From Eledone cirrhosa (Eukaryota), in the NCBI GenBank assembly GCA_964016885.1, contig OZ024753.1:1984001-2048000 (forward strand): 64,000 bases of DNA, read 5' to 3'. The notes beneath the pieces were generated by a model. The model had not been told where the DNA came from. It searched no databases and worked only from the letters and a program-made list of their open reading frames with translations. Below, in pieces: positions 13,733 through 26,387 of this stretch (the stretch's first letter is position 1; every line of letters begins with the position of its first letter). The translations under genes were made by a program, and so were the position numbers.

Positions 13733-14062
13733 TGGAGGCTTAGTGGTTAGACCATTGGCCTTGCAATCGAAATGTTGTGAGTTCAATTCTCAGACCGGGT
13801 GATGTGTTGTTTCCTTGAGCAAGACACTTTATTTCACATTGCCCCAGTTTACTCGGCTGTAGAAATGAGATGATAGGGACCGGGGTCCCTATCATTCCAC
13901 TGCAAAGTGGTCGTGGAGGTGCCACAGCAAAAAAGCACCCAGCATGTAAATGAGGTTGGTGTTAGGAAGGGCATCCAGCTGTAGAAATCAAGCCAGAATC
14001 AGTTCCCGTCCCACCCTTTCAAGCAGGGAAAAACGGACGTATGATGATGATGATGATGATGA
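13733..14062 (+). mobile_element. tRNA-headed SINE with RTE-like tail ending in (GAT)n
   Basis: A/B-box-like head, ccttgagcaagacacttt domain, ggaagggcatccagctgtagaaa tail, (GAT)n end. Confidence 0.8.
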
Positions 14063-14082
14063 TTATATATATATATATATAT

Positions 14083-14129
14083 ATTCCTGATGATTTCTAA
14101 AGAATGAAACAGTTCTAGTCCTGTAGAAT
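14083..14129 (+). ncRNA. Type I hammerhead ribozyme motif (Penelope-type) within a ~135-bp element (14081-14216)
   Basis: Stem I ATTC/GAAT; core CTGATGA 14087-14093; stem II TTC/GAA with U.U closing pair; GAAA 14106-14109; stem III ACAG/CTGT; GTA cleavage triplet 14123-14125. Confidence 0.7.
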
Positions 14130-14584
14130 CTCATCTATATTAAAACTTTTATACTCTGCAATGTATTGAGTACCTTACTTACTGTGGTTACCTCCGATTC
14201 AACCCGGAATAACGTATATATATATATATATATATAATGTGTGTGTGTATATATATATATATATACACACACGTGGAAGATGGACATTAAACGATGATGC
14301 TAACGATGATGATATATATACATATATTATAGAGAAGAAATATGACAGGATAATGAGACACCATCAGCTGCTAGTAATTCAATGTAACTAGAGACATGTG
14401 TGAGTTGTAATGAAGGTGAAAACAAAATAACAAATTCATTATTTGTTAATGACTTAAATAACAATTCACTTGTGAGTTGTACAACAGATAGCACATGACC
14501 TAGTACATCTTGCGTGTTTCATAGTTGAGTACTCAGTAACTAAACCAAGTACCTCCACTAAGTCTGCTTGATAAGGAGAGTGAT

Positions 14585-14785
14585 TTTTTGACCTGGACAC
14601 CCAATAGAATCTTCTTCTTTGCCCCTACGATCCCCTCTGGAATAAGTGAGCAGAGTCCACAAAGAATCCTCCCAGCGGGTCCTGTCAAAGGCAAGCATTT
14701 CCAATTGATTCAGCTGGATCCCCAAGTAAGACCAGCCAAGCTCATGGATGTTATTCAACCATCTTGCTTGGGGTCTACCTCTACA
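14585..14785 (-). mobile_element. RTE-type LINE 3' end fragment
   Basis: Minus ORF LGWSYLGIQLNQLEMLAFDRTRW resembles the RTE C-terminal A.DR..W motif; same family as 4050 and 24765. Confidence 0.6.
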
Positions 14786-16289
14786 GAATGAAAAACAAAA
14801 CTTCTAGATTCTAGAGAGTCAATAACTATCCAATAGTATGTACCTCATCATCATCATCATCACTGTTTGTATGTCTATTTTCCATGCTTACATGTGTTAA
14901 ATAGGTTATCACATTCTATGACTAAACTGGTCAGATGACCACACATTGTCCGTATAAGCACGTTGAACCCTTTGATTACTATATTTCTAATGTAAAACAC
15001 AGATTATGATTTTCAAATAAATTTGAAAATAATCAAGAATTTGGAAGGATTTAGTACGACAACATTCTCCTTATTAAGCTGGTAGGGGGGGGGGGGAGGC
15101 AGTGGATTGGCAGAACCATTAGAGCATCTGACAAAATGCTTGTAGTATTTGTCTGGCTCTTTATGTTCTGGGTTCAAATCCTGCTAAGTTCTAGTTTGCC
15201 TTTCATCCTTCTGTAGTTAATAAAATATAATACTAGCCAATACTATGGTTGATATAATCAACTTCCCTTTTCCCCCAAATTCCTAGTATTTATGCTGAAA
15301 TTAGAAACCATTTTAAAGCTAAGGTTTAAAACATGAGTTAACAATCCTTTTTCTATAAAATTAGGAAGGAAGTTTTTTTATCTTAAAACAAATAAATGTA
15401 TCGTTTGTGTGTAGCTATATATATGTGTGTTGGTGTGGAGTTGTGTATAAGTGCAGCTTTGTGTTACTGCCTTTGTGTGTATTTGTGTATGTGTGTAGCT
15501 ATGATAACTTTGTATATTTGTAGCTTTGTATCTATTTACCTATCTGTGTGTATAGTTTGGTACCAAAAGTATTAAGACATATACCAAGACTTGATTTTCT
15601 GTTGATTATGTAAAAGAAAAAAGTGACAATGGATAGAAAGGTGATATCCTGAAAGGAAGCAGTGGGATATGTTACTTGGAGTTTGGTAAGACATATAAAT
15701 CACTCTGGTCATCTCACTACAACCCTGATAGTTTCTCAGTTGTCTTGGTCACACCTTGTTACAGGACCTTAGATGAGAGAGGGAAACTGGCCATTCAGTG
15801 TAGCCTTTCTTCAATATCTTCTAGTCAGGAAAATTCCTGTCTTGATAGAATCATGAGGTGAGACTCAAGTTGAAACTGCTAACCTGCACAGAGATAGCTC
15901 AAGCCATACGGTCATTCTTTATGAAACTGAAACAGTAGCTGTTCTGTAAACCCTTGAGCAAACAAACAGCCCCTTTTTAGGTTGTTGCTGCTTGGTTCCT
16001 CAATCTGTGGGCTAAAAAAAGTCCATCAAACACAGACTGTTATTGTGAGCCATCTACACAGTTAAATAAAAACAAGATGGTGTAGGACAAACAAAGGAGA
16101 GACACAAAATAACCACAAAGGTAGTCACTGAGGAGGTCACAGAATGTGTGACAAAAGAGTATTGACAATCAACAGCTAAACAACCATCTAGTAAACTAAC
16201 CGACTGGGAGTTTATAATAAATTGAAGTGAAAACCAACATGTGCGTGTGTTTTTATTCGAAGCATAATCCTCTCAAAGTATAACAATAT

Positions 16290-16634
16290 ATATATTGTTA
16301 TATATACGTATATATATATATTGTTATATATACATACATATATACATACATATATATATATATTGTTATATATACATACACACATATATATATATATTGT
16401 TATATATACATACACATATATATATATATATATACATATATAAGTATGCATACATGGTCATATTGATAAATAGATATCAACATACATGTGCATCTGTGTT
16501 TAAAGAGATTTATAAGACTGTTTATATTGTATTTTGTCTGAAGAAGGCATAACATATTTTTAATGATATCCCTGAAATATATATAATGAAATAAATATGG
16601 TTTTATAAATATAGTTTCCATTTATTTAATATCG

Positions 16635-16665
<31 letters not shown>

Positions 16666-16730
16666 CATATAATATATATATATATATAATATACATCATC
16701 ATCATCATATAATATACATATATATATATA

Positions 16731-16794
<64 letters not shown>

Positions 16795-17096
16795 CATATA
16801 ATATACATATATATATATAATATACATATAATATACATATATATATATAATATACATATAATATACATATATATATATAATATACATATAATATACATAT
16901 ATATATATATATATATAATATACATATAATACATATATATATAATATACATATAATATATATATATATATAATATACATATAATATACATATATATATAT
17001 AATATATATATAATATACATATAATATACATATAATATACATATAATATACATATATATAATATACATATAATATACATATATATATATATATATA

Positions 17097-17136
<40 letters not shown>

Positions 17137-17756
17137 CATATAATATATATATATATATAATATACATATAATATATATATATATAATATACATATAATAT
17201 ATATATATATATAATATACATATAATATATATATATATATAATATACATATATATATATATAATATACATATAATATACATATATATATATATATAATAT
17301 ACATATATATATATATAATATACATATAATATACATATATATATATATATACATATATACATATATATATATATATACATATATACATATATATATACAT
17401 ATATACATATATATATACATATATACATATATACATATATATATATACATATATACATATATATATATATACATATATATATATACATATATATATACAT
17501 ATATATATACACATTATATATATATATAGATGTGGCCGTGTAGGCAACACGGTAAAAACCTCCCAGCCCCACACTGTAAATGTGGTTGGTGTTAGGAAGG
17601 GCATCCAACTGTAGAAAACCCGCCAGACAGTCCTATGCGAGCAAGACAACCACTCTTGCCTCAAGTGGGAAAACCCCCGTCCAAACCCATGCAAGCGTGG
17701 AACACGGACGCTAAACCTGATGATGATGATGATGATGATGATATAGATATTTTTCT

Positions 17757-17802
<46 letters not shown>

Positions 17803-17994
17803 CACACGCATACACTGAGTTATGTGTGTGCGGGGTGTGTATGTTTGTGTTCATCATCATATATATGAGTGTGTACATATATGTGTATATATATATGTAT
17901 GTGTGTATAGATATAGATAGATATATATATATATGTGTGTATATATATATATATATATAGATATATATATATATATATGTACATAGGTATGTAT

Positions 17995-18025
<31 letters not shown>

Positions 18026-18069
18026 TATATATAAATATATATATATATATATATGTACATAGGTATGTA

Positions 18070-18144
<75 letters not shown>

Positions 18145-18160
18145 GTACATAGGTATGTAT

Positions 18161-18222
<62 letters not shown>

Positions 18223-18237
18223 GTACATAGGTATGTA

Positions 18238-18275
<38 letters not shown>

Positions 18276-18336
18276 TATATATAAATATATATATATATGT
18301 ACATAGGTATGTATGTGCATATATATATATATATAA

Positions 18337-18368
<32 letters not shown>

Positions 18369-18390
18369 GTACATAGGTATGTATGTGCAT

Positions 18391-18423
<33 letters not shown>
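16290..18423. repeat. Large AT-rich micro/minisatellite block (TATAATATACA units; tgtacataggtatgtatgtgca units) interrupted by an RTE-tail repeat at ~17530-17740
   Basis: Direct reading; all long I/Y/M/C ORFs here are repeat artefacts. Confidence 0.9.
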
Positions 18424-18821
18424 AACAGAAAAATTGACTAGATACACATACAAAATATAGTTTTTAAAATGAGTAGCTAGAATAAATGTTTATATAGAAA
18501 GTGAAAGACAAGAAAAGAGAGAAAAAGAGAGAGAGACAGAGCAATAAAGACTAAAAGCTAGCTAGATAGATAAACAGATATACAGAAAGACAGACAAATA
18601 TAAATAAGAGAACTTACATTGTCATAGAATACAGTGGTTTGTGTTAGCCATCACTCTAGTGGTTTGGTCTCTGGTGTCTTGCTGCTGCTGCTAATGGTTG
18701 GTTTCTTATAGTGGGCGGCAGCTGGGCTTGGCTCTATGTAGTTGTCTCTTGTTTAACTGTGTGTGAGTATGAGTGTGTGAGTGTGTGTGAGTATAGTAGT
18801 GAAAATGTGTAGCTTTGTCCA

Positions 18822-19440
18822 TGTCTTTAGATGTAGTGTGTGTGTGTGTGTGTGTTTTTTGTGTCTTTAGATGTATGTGTGTGTGTTTGTGTCTTTAGAT
18901 GTATGTATGTGTGTGTTTGTGCCTTTAGATGTATGTATGTATGTGTGTGTTTGTGTCTTTAGATGTATGTATGTGTTTGTGTCTTTAGATGTGTGTGTGT
19001 GTTTGTGTCTTTAGATGTATGTATGTATGTGTGTTTGTGTCTTTAGATGTATGTATGTATGTGTGTGTTTTGTGCCTTTAGATGTATGTATGTGTGTGTT
19101 TTGTGTTGTTAGATGTATGTATGTATGTATGTATGTGTTTGTGTCTTTAGATGTATGTGTGTGTGTCTTTAGATGTATGTATGTGTGTGTGTCTTTAGAT
19201 GTATGTATGTGTGTGTGTCTTTAGATGTATGTATGTGTTTGTCTTTAGATGTATGTGTGTGTGTCTTTAGATGTATGTGTGTGTGTGTGTGTCTTTAGAT
19301 GTATGTGTGTGTGTGTTTGTGTCTTTAGATGTATGTATGTGTGTGTGTTTGTTTGTCTTTAGGTGTATGTATGTGTGTGTTTGTGTCTTTAGATGTATGT
19401 ATATGTATGTGCGTGTGTGTTTGTCTTTAGATGTATGTAT
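18822..19440. repeat. ~25-bp minisatellite (gtgtctttagatgtatgt...)
   Basis: More than 20 copies of gtctttagatgta separated by variable (TG)n. Confidence 0.9.
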
Positions 19441-19882
19441 GAATGTGTCTATGTATGAATGTATATATGTATGTCTGTGTGTGTATGTGTGTATGTGTGT
19501 GTAACTGTTTATATGTGTATCTATCTATGTAGTTATGTATGCTGTGTGTATGTGTAGTTCTGTGTAGGTGTGGAACTGTCTCTGTGTGTGTATATGTGTG
19601 TAGGTGTAGATTTGTGTATATGTGTGTAGGTGTAGATTTGTGTATATGTGTGTAGGTGTAGCTGTGTGTAGCTATGTATAGATGTAGACTCGTGTATATG
19701 TGTGTAGCTATCTATGTGTGTGTATCTGCCTCAGTCTGTGAGTGTCTATGTAAATGTCTTATGTGTGTCGGTTAGTGTAATGTGTGTAGCTTGTAGCTAT
19801 GTATATGTGGAACTTTATATATGTTTAGCTCTGTGTAACTATGTTTATATGTTTAGCTTTGTGTAGTTATACATGTGTGCAG

Positions 19883-20167
19883 CAGGGGCGAAGGGTGCGT
19901 GCATGCAACACATGCAGTGCATGCGTTATAGAATCTTGAGTTGATCAATTGTGTCGGTTGAAGCAAGCAGAATTTTGGCTGCTTACTAAAACGTATAGAC
20001 ATATAAAAAGATAACACACACACACACACACTAGATAACAGTACATGTGGCTTTGACCGGGAGGGTCATTTAGAGGGAATTGGGGGCGGGTAAGGCTTGC
20101 ACAGCCCCACTTTCCGGCATGGCGATTGGACTGCATGCCCTGCTTTCCAGGTTACCCTTCGCCACTG
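19883..20167. mobile_element. hAT-like MITE
   Basis: TIRs caggggcgaagggt / acccttcgccactg; 8-bp flanks gtgtgcag / gtgtgtag (7 of 8 match) consistent with a TSD. Confidence 0.75.
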
Positions 20168-20464
20168 GTGTGTAGCGATGTATATGTGTAGTTCTGTGTA
20201 GGTGTAGAACTGTGTTGTGTAGCTTTGTATAGCTATCTGTGTGTCTCATTGTGTGTGTGTAGTTGTGTGTGTGTGTGTAACTATGTATATGTGTAGCTTT
20301 GTATAACTATCTATGTGTGTCTCATTGTGTGTGTAGTTGTGTGTGTAGTTGTGTGTGTGTGTGTAACTATGTATATGTGTAGCTTTGTATAACTATCTAT
20401 GTGTGTATCATTTTGTGCGTAGATATGTATGTGTGTGTGGGTGTAAATATGTATATGTATATAA

Positions 20465-20677
20465 TGGAGGCACATGGCTTAGTGGTTAGAGCATTGGCCT
20501 TGCAATCGAAAGGTTGTGAGTTCAATTCTCAGACCAGGTGATGTGTTGTTTCCTTGAGCAAGACACTTTATTTCACATTGCTCCAGTTTACTCAGCTGTA
20601 GAAATCAAGCCAGAATCAGTTCCCGTCCCACCCTTGCAAGCAGGGAAAAGCAGACGTAAAATGATGATGATGATGAT
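20465..20677 (+). mobile_element. tRNA-headed SINE, internally deleted, RTE-like (GAT)n tail
   Basis: Same head and tail as 13733-14062. Confidence 0.75.
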
Positions 20678-20884
20678 AGCTTTGTATAGCTATCTATGTG
20701 TGTATCAGTTAGTGTGTAGATATGTATGTGTGTAGACATGTATCTGTGTAGTCCTGTCTAGGTGTGCAACTGTAGAAGTATCAATGTATTAATTTGTGTG
20801 AGTATGTATGTAGTTAAGCAAGTGTAACTTTGTATATGTTGAACCTGTGTTACTGTTTATGTGTATGACTGCTTATATGTGCAA

Positions 20885-21195
20885 TAGCCTATATCTGTAT
20901 CTACGGTGAAGGCGCATGGCTTAGTGGTTAGAGCATTAGGCTTGCAATCGAAAGATTGTGAGTTCATTTCTCGGACCGGGTGATGTGTTGTTTCCTTGAG
21001 CAAGACACTTTATTTCATGTTGCTCCAATATACTCAATATACTGAAAATGAGTACCAGCAATAGCTGGAGGTTTACCTCTGCGATGGACTGGCGTCCTGT
21101 CCAGGGGCGAGTCTTGTACTCTCTGTCGCTTCACGCCATGAAACCGGGATAAGCACCGGCCAAATGAACCTTCTGGCTTAAGACAGTCTTTAGAC
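20885..21195 (+). mobile_element. Apparently full-length tRNA-derived SINE with a different 3' half
   Basis: ggcgcatggcttagtggttagagc head, ccttgagcaagacacttt, aaaatgagtacc, ctgcgatggactggcgtcctgtccagggg, gaaaccgggataagc. Confidence 0.75.
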
Positions 21196-21251
21196 TTGTT
21201 AGTATCTATGTGTGTAGTTATGTACACATGTAGTCCTGTGTATGTGTAGTT

Positions 21252-21591
21252 CTAGCTTCCGTCAGGTAAATATCGGCGAATGATGATTGGAATTTTTCTT
21301 GCTTTGAGTTACTTCATAGCTATCTGTAAGGGGTCAGTTTCACCCTCCAGTTCAACCATAACTGGAGCACACATTGCTATTTGTAGGGCCCTTGTACCAA
21401 GTACCCGAGCCCTTTCATATTTCGTCATGAATGATGTGGTGATTCTTTTATCATGATCCACTTTAAGGGATGCTTCCCCACTAGGGAGGATGTCAATATT
21501 CTCTGATTCCTCAGGGTTTTCAATTGATTCCATCATCAGCAGTGTCTAAATCTTCCAATTGTTCAGTGGCATCGTTTTCGTCATCAGCCAT
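21252..21591 (-). pseudogene. POLR2F: Processed pseudogene of RNA polymerase I/II/III subunit RPABC2 (RPB6)
   Basis: Intronless MADDEND...DILPSGE...[64 protein letters not shown]; frameshift near 21525, E-to-stop at 21309-21311, C-terminus (YEDW...) missing. Confidence 0.92.
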
Positions 21592-21884
21592 TTTTCAAAA
21601 AAGGGTGTGGGTGTGGAACTGTGTATATGTGTAGCTTTGTGTAACAGCCTGTGTGTGTATTTGTCTTTGTGTAGATATGTGTGGGTGTAGATTTGTGTAG
21701 GTGTATATTTGTGTGTGTGTTTGTGGCATATACAGCCATCTATATGTGTATCGCTTTGTGTGTGTAGCTGTAAATGTATGTAGCTATGTATATGTATAGT
21801 TCTGTGTAGGTGTAGAACTATGAATATGTGTAGCTGGTGTTCTGTTTATGTGTTATATATGTGTGACTGTCTTTGTAGGTATCT

Positions 21885-22277
21885 ATCTACAACAATTGAT
21901 TCCCTTCTTTAAGTATCACTTTAGAAGGAGAATCAGGGTGGAGAGAGAGGCACTGCACCCCAGTAAATTTACTGAAAGGTGGGTGAATGAAGCGAAAATG
22001 GCCCGAGTGATTGGACCTTCTCTGTTTATAAGCCTGTAGGTTAAAGAAGAGAGCAAAAGGAAGAAGGGAGCACTTGCACAACACACTCCTGAAGTTGAGG
22101 ATTTTTTATCGACGGGGTATTAAACAAGCCATTTGTGGCCCCTCCCCCCTATTGGGGATTTCGATTGTTGTAATTGTTTGTTTTTATATATTTTACACGA
22201 CTGTATGTAATATCACCGGCATGTGTCTTTGTATTGTCCCCTTTTCTTGTGCGCCCTTGTGGCAAATAAAGAAATAT
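21885..22277 (+). mobile_element. 5'-truncated Tx1/L1-clade LINE 3' end
   Basis: QQLIPFFKYHFRRRIRVEREAL...FTERW C-terminal peptide, 3' UTR with aataaa, then (TATC)n; tatctatct also at the 5' junction. Confidence 0.55.
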
Positions 22278-23063
22278 ATCTATCTATCTCTCTGTCTGTC
22301 TAATAGTTTCACTATCTATCAGTTTTTTCTCTCTTTCGCTCTCTATCTATCTATCTGTCTAATAGTCTCACTGTCTATCAGTTTTTTTCTCTATCTCTCT
22401 CAATCTATTTGTTTGTATGTCTAACAGTTTTCACTAAAACTTTTTTATACATCAATCTCAACACAGATATAACTCCCACCCTGCTCCCCTTTCCCAACCC
22501 ACACAAACCTGTATTATGTATACAAACGCCTACAGGGGCGCATGCAATTACATTCATCAAAAACAAACACAAGTGCATGTGCATGCATTTAACCATCAAC
22601 AGATTGAGAATTGAAGGGAGGTGGGGGAGTAAATACTCTTCATCATTCTTAAAATGTGGTTCATATCATTGCATACTCAATTCATCAAAGCTGTGTGTAA
22701 CTGTATCAGCCTAAATCTGTTTCAACAAGAGGCAATGATTTCTTAAGTCTTAACATCCTGTACCACATGAAACCACATTAGTAAGATATTCTTTAAAAGT
22801 ACAAAACAACACTATGACTGAATCCCATTGAAAATTTTAGTTTCTACTAAAGTCTAATACTGCAAATTTTCATGACAAACTGTCCACTAGTAAATACACT
22901 ATAAACATTTGAATTAACAAGCTGATTTTTTAAAAATATTTTCTGCTTAATCATTACAAAATGTTAAAAGAAGGCTTCATACTCTTTCATTGCCATATTT
23001 ATAATGAAAGACAGTATTTATGATCTCAATTAATCTTGAAAATAATTAAGAATTAGTAAGGAT

Positions 23064-23230
23064 TTCACTCCACCTGCCTATCTACCTTAACTTCTGCCTG
23101 TGTGTGTCTATATCTATCTGCCCGAGTGTCGTTCACTCCACCTGCCTATCTACCTTAACTTCTGCCTGTGTGTGTCTATATCTATCTGCCCGAGTGTCGT
23201 TCACTCCACCTGCCTATCTATCTTAACCTC
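23064..23230. repeat. 66-bp tandem repeat, ~2.5 copies
   Basis: ttcactccacctgcctatctaccttaacttctgcctgtgtgtgtctatatctatctgcccgagtgtcg repeated. Confidence 0.9.
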
Positions 23231-24764
23231 TATCTGTGTCTGCCTATCTGTCAATACATATATTTATTAAAACAAATTTCCCAGATTGTTTGATTGTTCA
23301 TATATCCAGTAGTACTGGTATATATTACATAACAACCCTGGGTTCCAAAACCTTAATACATTCAATGCTATTGCCCTCATCATTGACAGCACTGGTCCAC
23401 TAGTAACATTATAATACATTCTGAGTTCAAATCCTGTCGAGGTTAGCTTTGCCTTTCATCCTTACGCGGTCAATAAAATAAAGTACCAGTAATGCACTGG
23501 GGTAGATTTAATCAACTTGCCCTACCCAAAAACTGTTGGCAGTGTGCCTAAAAAAGAAACCAATATTATAATATAGAATTCTATTTTCTGTAATTTGGTA
23601 ATAGTTTTTTTTTAATGGTGGGTTCACTGGTAAATACTGTGACCAACACTTTTCCTAATCAGTTTTGTCAGTAATTCAATGAAGTCCCAGCTTTGTCACT
23701 CACACTGCATCACATTGATTCTTCCAATGATTATATTAAGGGTACATGTGTTAGTAGAACATTCATCTCTCTACATACTAATACAATTATCAGGTTGTAC
23801 ACTTGAACAAATAACTAGAATACTTATTACTGAATCCAACAGAGGATCCATTGACTTTTTTATTTACTCATGTAAGATCCTCAATAAAAATGGCGATGAC
23901 AGCAGTAATCATGACAGTGATTATAACGTTTTTTTTTCATTGCCCAAATTTTCTAGATGAATTATTAGAATTTTTTTTTAATACACTATATCAAAATCAT
24001 TTAGTCTTCATTTCTAAATCAACTGTCATAGAAATATACATGTACAAACAAATGCCCTCTCTATCTCTCTCTTGCCCACACATACACAAACACATACATG
24101 CTTATATTCTTTTATTCTTTAAGAGTCAAGTCATTGGACTGAGGCCATACTGGAGCATCACATTGAAGGGGTTTTTAGTCAATCATATTAAACCCAGTAC
24201 TTAATTTTTAAGTCTGGTACATATTTCATCAATTTCTATTTGTCTTAGACAATTAAATTGATATCAGTAGATTTTTGGTACTTTATTTTATTGGCCCTGG
24301 AAGGATGTGAAGCAAAACTGGATGTGGCTGGCTTTGAGCTCAGAATGTAAAGAGCTAGAAACATACAAGGAATTTTGAATGAAACTGAATATAGAAACAG
24401 ATTTTGAATGACAATTAAGACCATAGCACTATGTAGTTTTGATACTTTATTGATGTATATATAGCATTATCACCATCTAGCATCCATTTTGCTGTGCTTG
24501 CATGGGTTAGATGGGTTGTCTCCGTTGGGACATGCCATACCTTGCTCTGAGGACTGTAAATTTAACCCGGGGATTTTACAGCAGGATGCCCTTCCTTACA
24601 CCAACCACATTCACGGTGTGGAAATGGATGGCACCGTTATGAGGAGGGACAGGCCAGTTGGCTGCACCAAACCCATCTCAGTTTAGTACCAAAAGGATTA
24701 AAGGTGTTTGTTTTTACCTTTGTAGAATGCCATTTTTAAGACAATTCAAAAAGAGAGCTTTTTC

Positions 24765-25260
24765 TTCTCCTTCGCTCATTTATTCCTGAGAGAGACATGG
24801 GGGCAGTCCTCAAACACTCCTTCCAGTGAGTTCTGCCAGATGCAACCATCTCCAATTGATCTGGCTGGGTCCCTAAGCTAGACCAGCTGAACTCATTGAT
24901 GTTATCCAACCATCTTGCTCAGGGTCTACCCCTGGGTCTCCTGCCAGTTGATTTTGCCCATAAAATCTGTCCAGTGATTCTTTCCTGGGACATTCTAACC
25001 ACATACCCATAGTATCTCTCAATTCGGAGAAGTAGCAACTCTAACTGGAGTGACTCTCTGATCTTCAAATTATGCATTCTATTGAGCAACATTACTCCAA
25101 AGACCCTTCGGAGGAACCACTTGATTCACGAACATATTCTTCCAGGTATTACTCAAGATTCATGACAATAGGTAAGGGTTGGCACAAATGCAGAATTGAA
25201 GACAAGTTTGGCTTTTATACCTACTTCCCTTTTGATTACTGAATGCTGAAGATGGTGCAT
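24765..25260 (-). mobile_element. RTE-type LINE 3' fragment
   Basis: Minus strand LRYYGYVVRMSQERITGQILWAKSTGRRPRGRP matches the RTE C-terminal LRW.GHV.R...GRRPRGRP motif. Confidence 0.7.
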
Positions 25261-26004
25261 TAGAGCATTTGTAATATTAATGAAGTGCAAGTTTAATTTG
25301 TAAAAAAAATACTCTCTACCCCAACAGCCCTACCTTATAATTTCATTATTAAATCAATTCAAGTATACTGCTTGGTTATTATTTCATTGAAGGTTTGGGG
25401 ATTGGTCAAATCATCAGTGGCAGATAAAATGCTTTGTGGTATTTGTTTCAGCTCTTTACATTCTGCGTTCAAATCCTGCCATGGTCAACTTTACTTTTCA
25501 TCCTTTAGGGAATATAAAGAATCAGCCATATCGTGAAATGCGCATCAATATGTTTTGCTGACCTCTGACAAGATGGCAGCTCATGAGGATTCTCATATGG
25601 TGTTTAATGAGAGGGGATCCAGTCCTATTATGAAATGAAGAGTTTTACTCAAGAACACAATGCATCACCTGTTCCAGAAACTGAACTCACAACCTTATAA
25701 TTGTGAGCCTACAACTATAACTAAGCCATGTGCTCTCACCAACCATATTCTGAATTTAATTTAATTAACTAACCACTTTCTCTTAATTTGTAGACTTGTG
25801 CCTATGTTAGAAATCATTATTTTATTGAGTTCAAATCCCGCCGAGGTTAACTTTGCCTTTCATCCTTCCGGGGTCGATAGAATAAAGTACCAGTAATGCA
25901 TTGGGTAATTGCTGGCCTTGTGCCAAAAGTAGAAACAATTATTTTATTGAAGTATTAAAGGCATTGTCATTCTTAGTAAAATATAGAATTAGTACATATC
26001 AACA

Positions 26005-26325
26005 TAATTTCTATGTCCCCTTTTCCATGGGTTGGATAGGTTCTCTTCAACACAGCCTCCCTCCATTTGTAGTATTCATCATCCCCACTGTGTGGTCCAG
26101 CATTTTGAGATCAGGTCTAACTATATCTACCCATGTTTTTCGCGATTTTCCTCTCATATAGCTTCCTTTCACTGGCATTACCTGGCACCACTTCACCCAA
26201 CATTCATCATCCATATGCATCACATGTCCATACCAGTGCAGTCTACTCTCTTGCACACTACATCTGATTCCTCCTATACCTAGTTTTCCTCTCAGTTCAT
26301 CCACACCCTGTCATTCATGAACACC
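26005..26325 (-). mobile_element. RTE-type LINE 3' fragment
   Basis: ORF RLHWYGHVMHMDDECWVK...RGKSRKTW; related copy on + at ~34660-34905. Confidence 0.75.
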
Positions 26326-26387
26326 ACATAAAATGATAAAATTAATAAGTCTGAAGCACCAATGACTTTAACAAAAATATTTCTGGT

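Noticed and set aside
16622-18453. Long ORFs of 180-370 aa rich in I/Y/M/C
   Set aside because: Translations of (TA)n-type microsatellites; the same applies to ORFs at 7998-8754, 12775-13294 and 19015-19504
20885-20960. tRNA gene
   Set aside because: tRNA-like head of a SINE; no complete cloverleaf or terminator, and it continues into the SINE body
21309-21311. POLR2F stop codon rescued by A-to-I editing
   Set aside because: Editing TAA gives Trp, not the conserved Glu, and the copy also has a frameshift and a truncation
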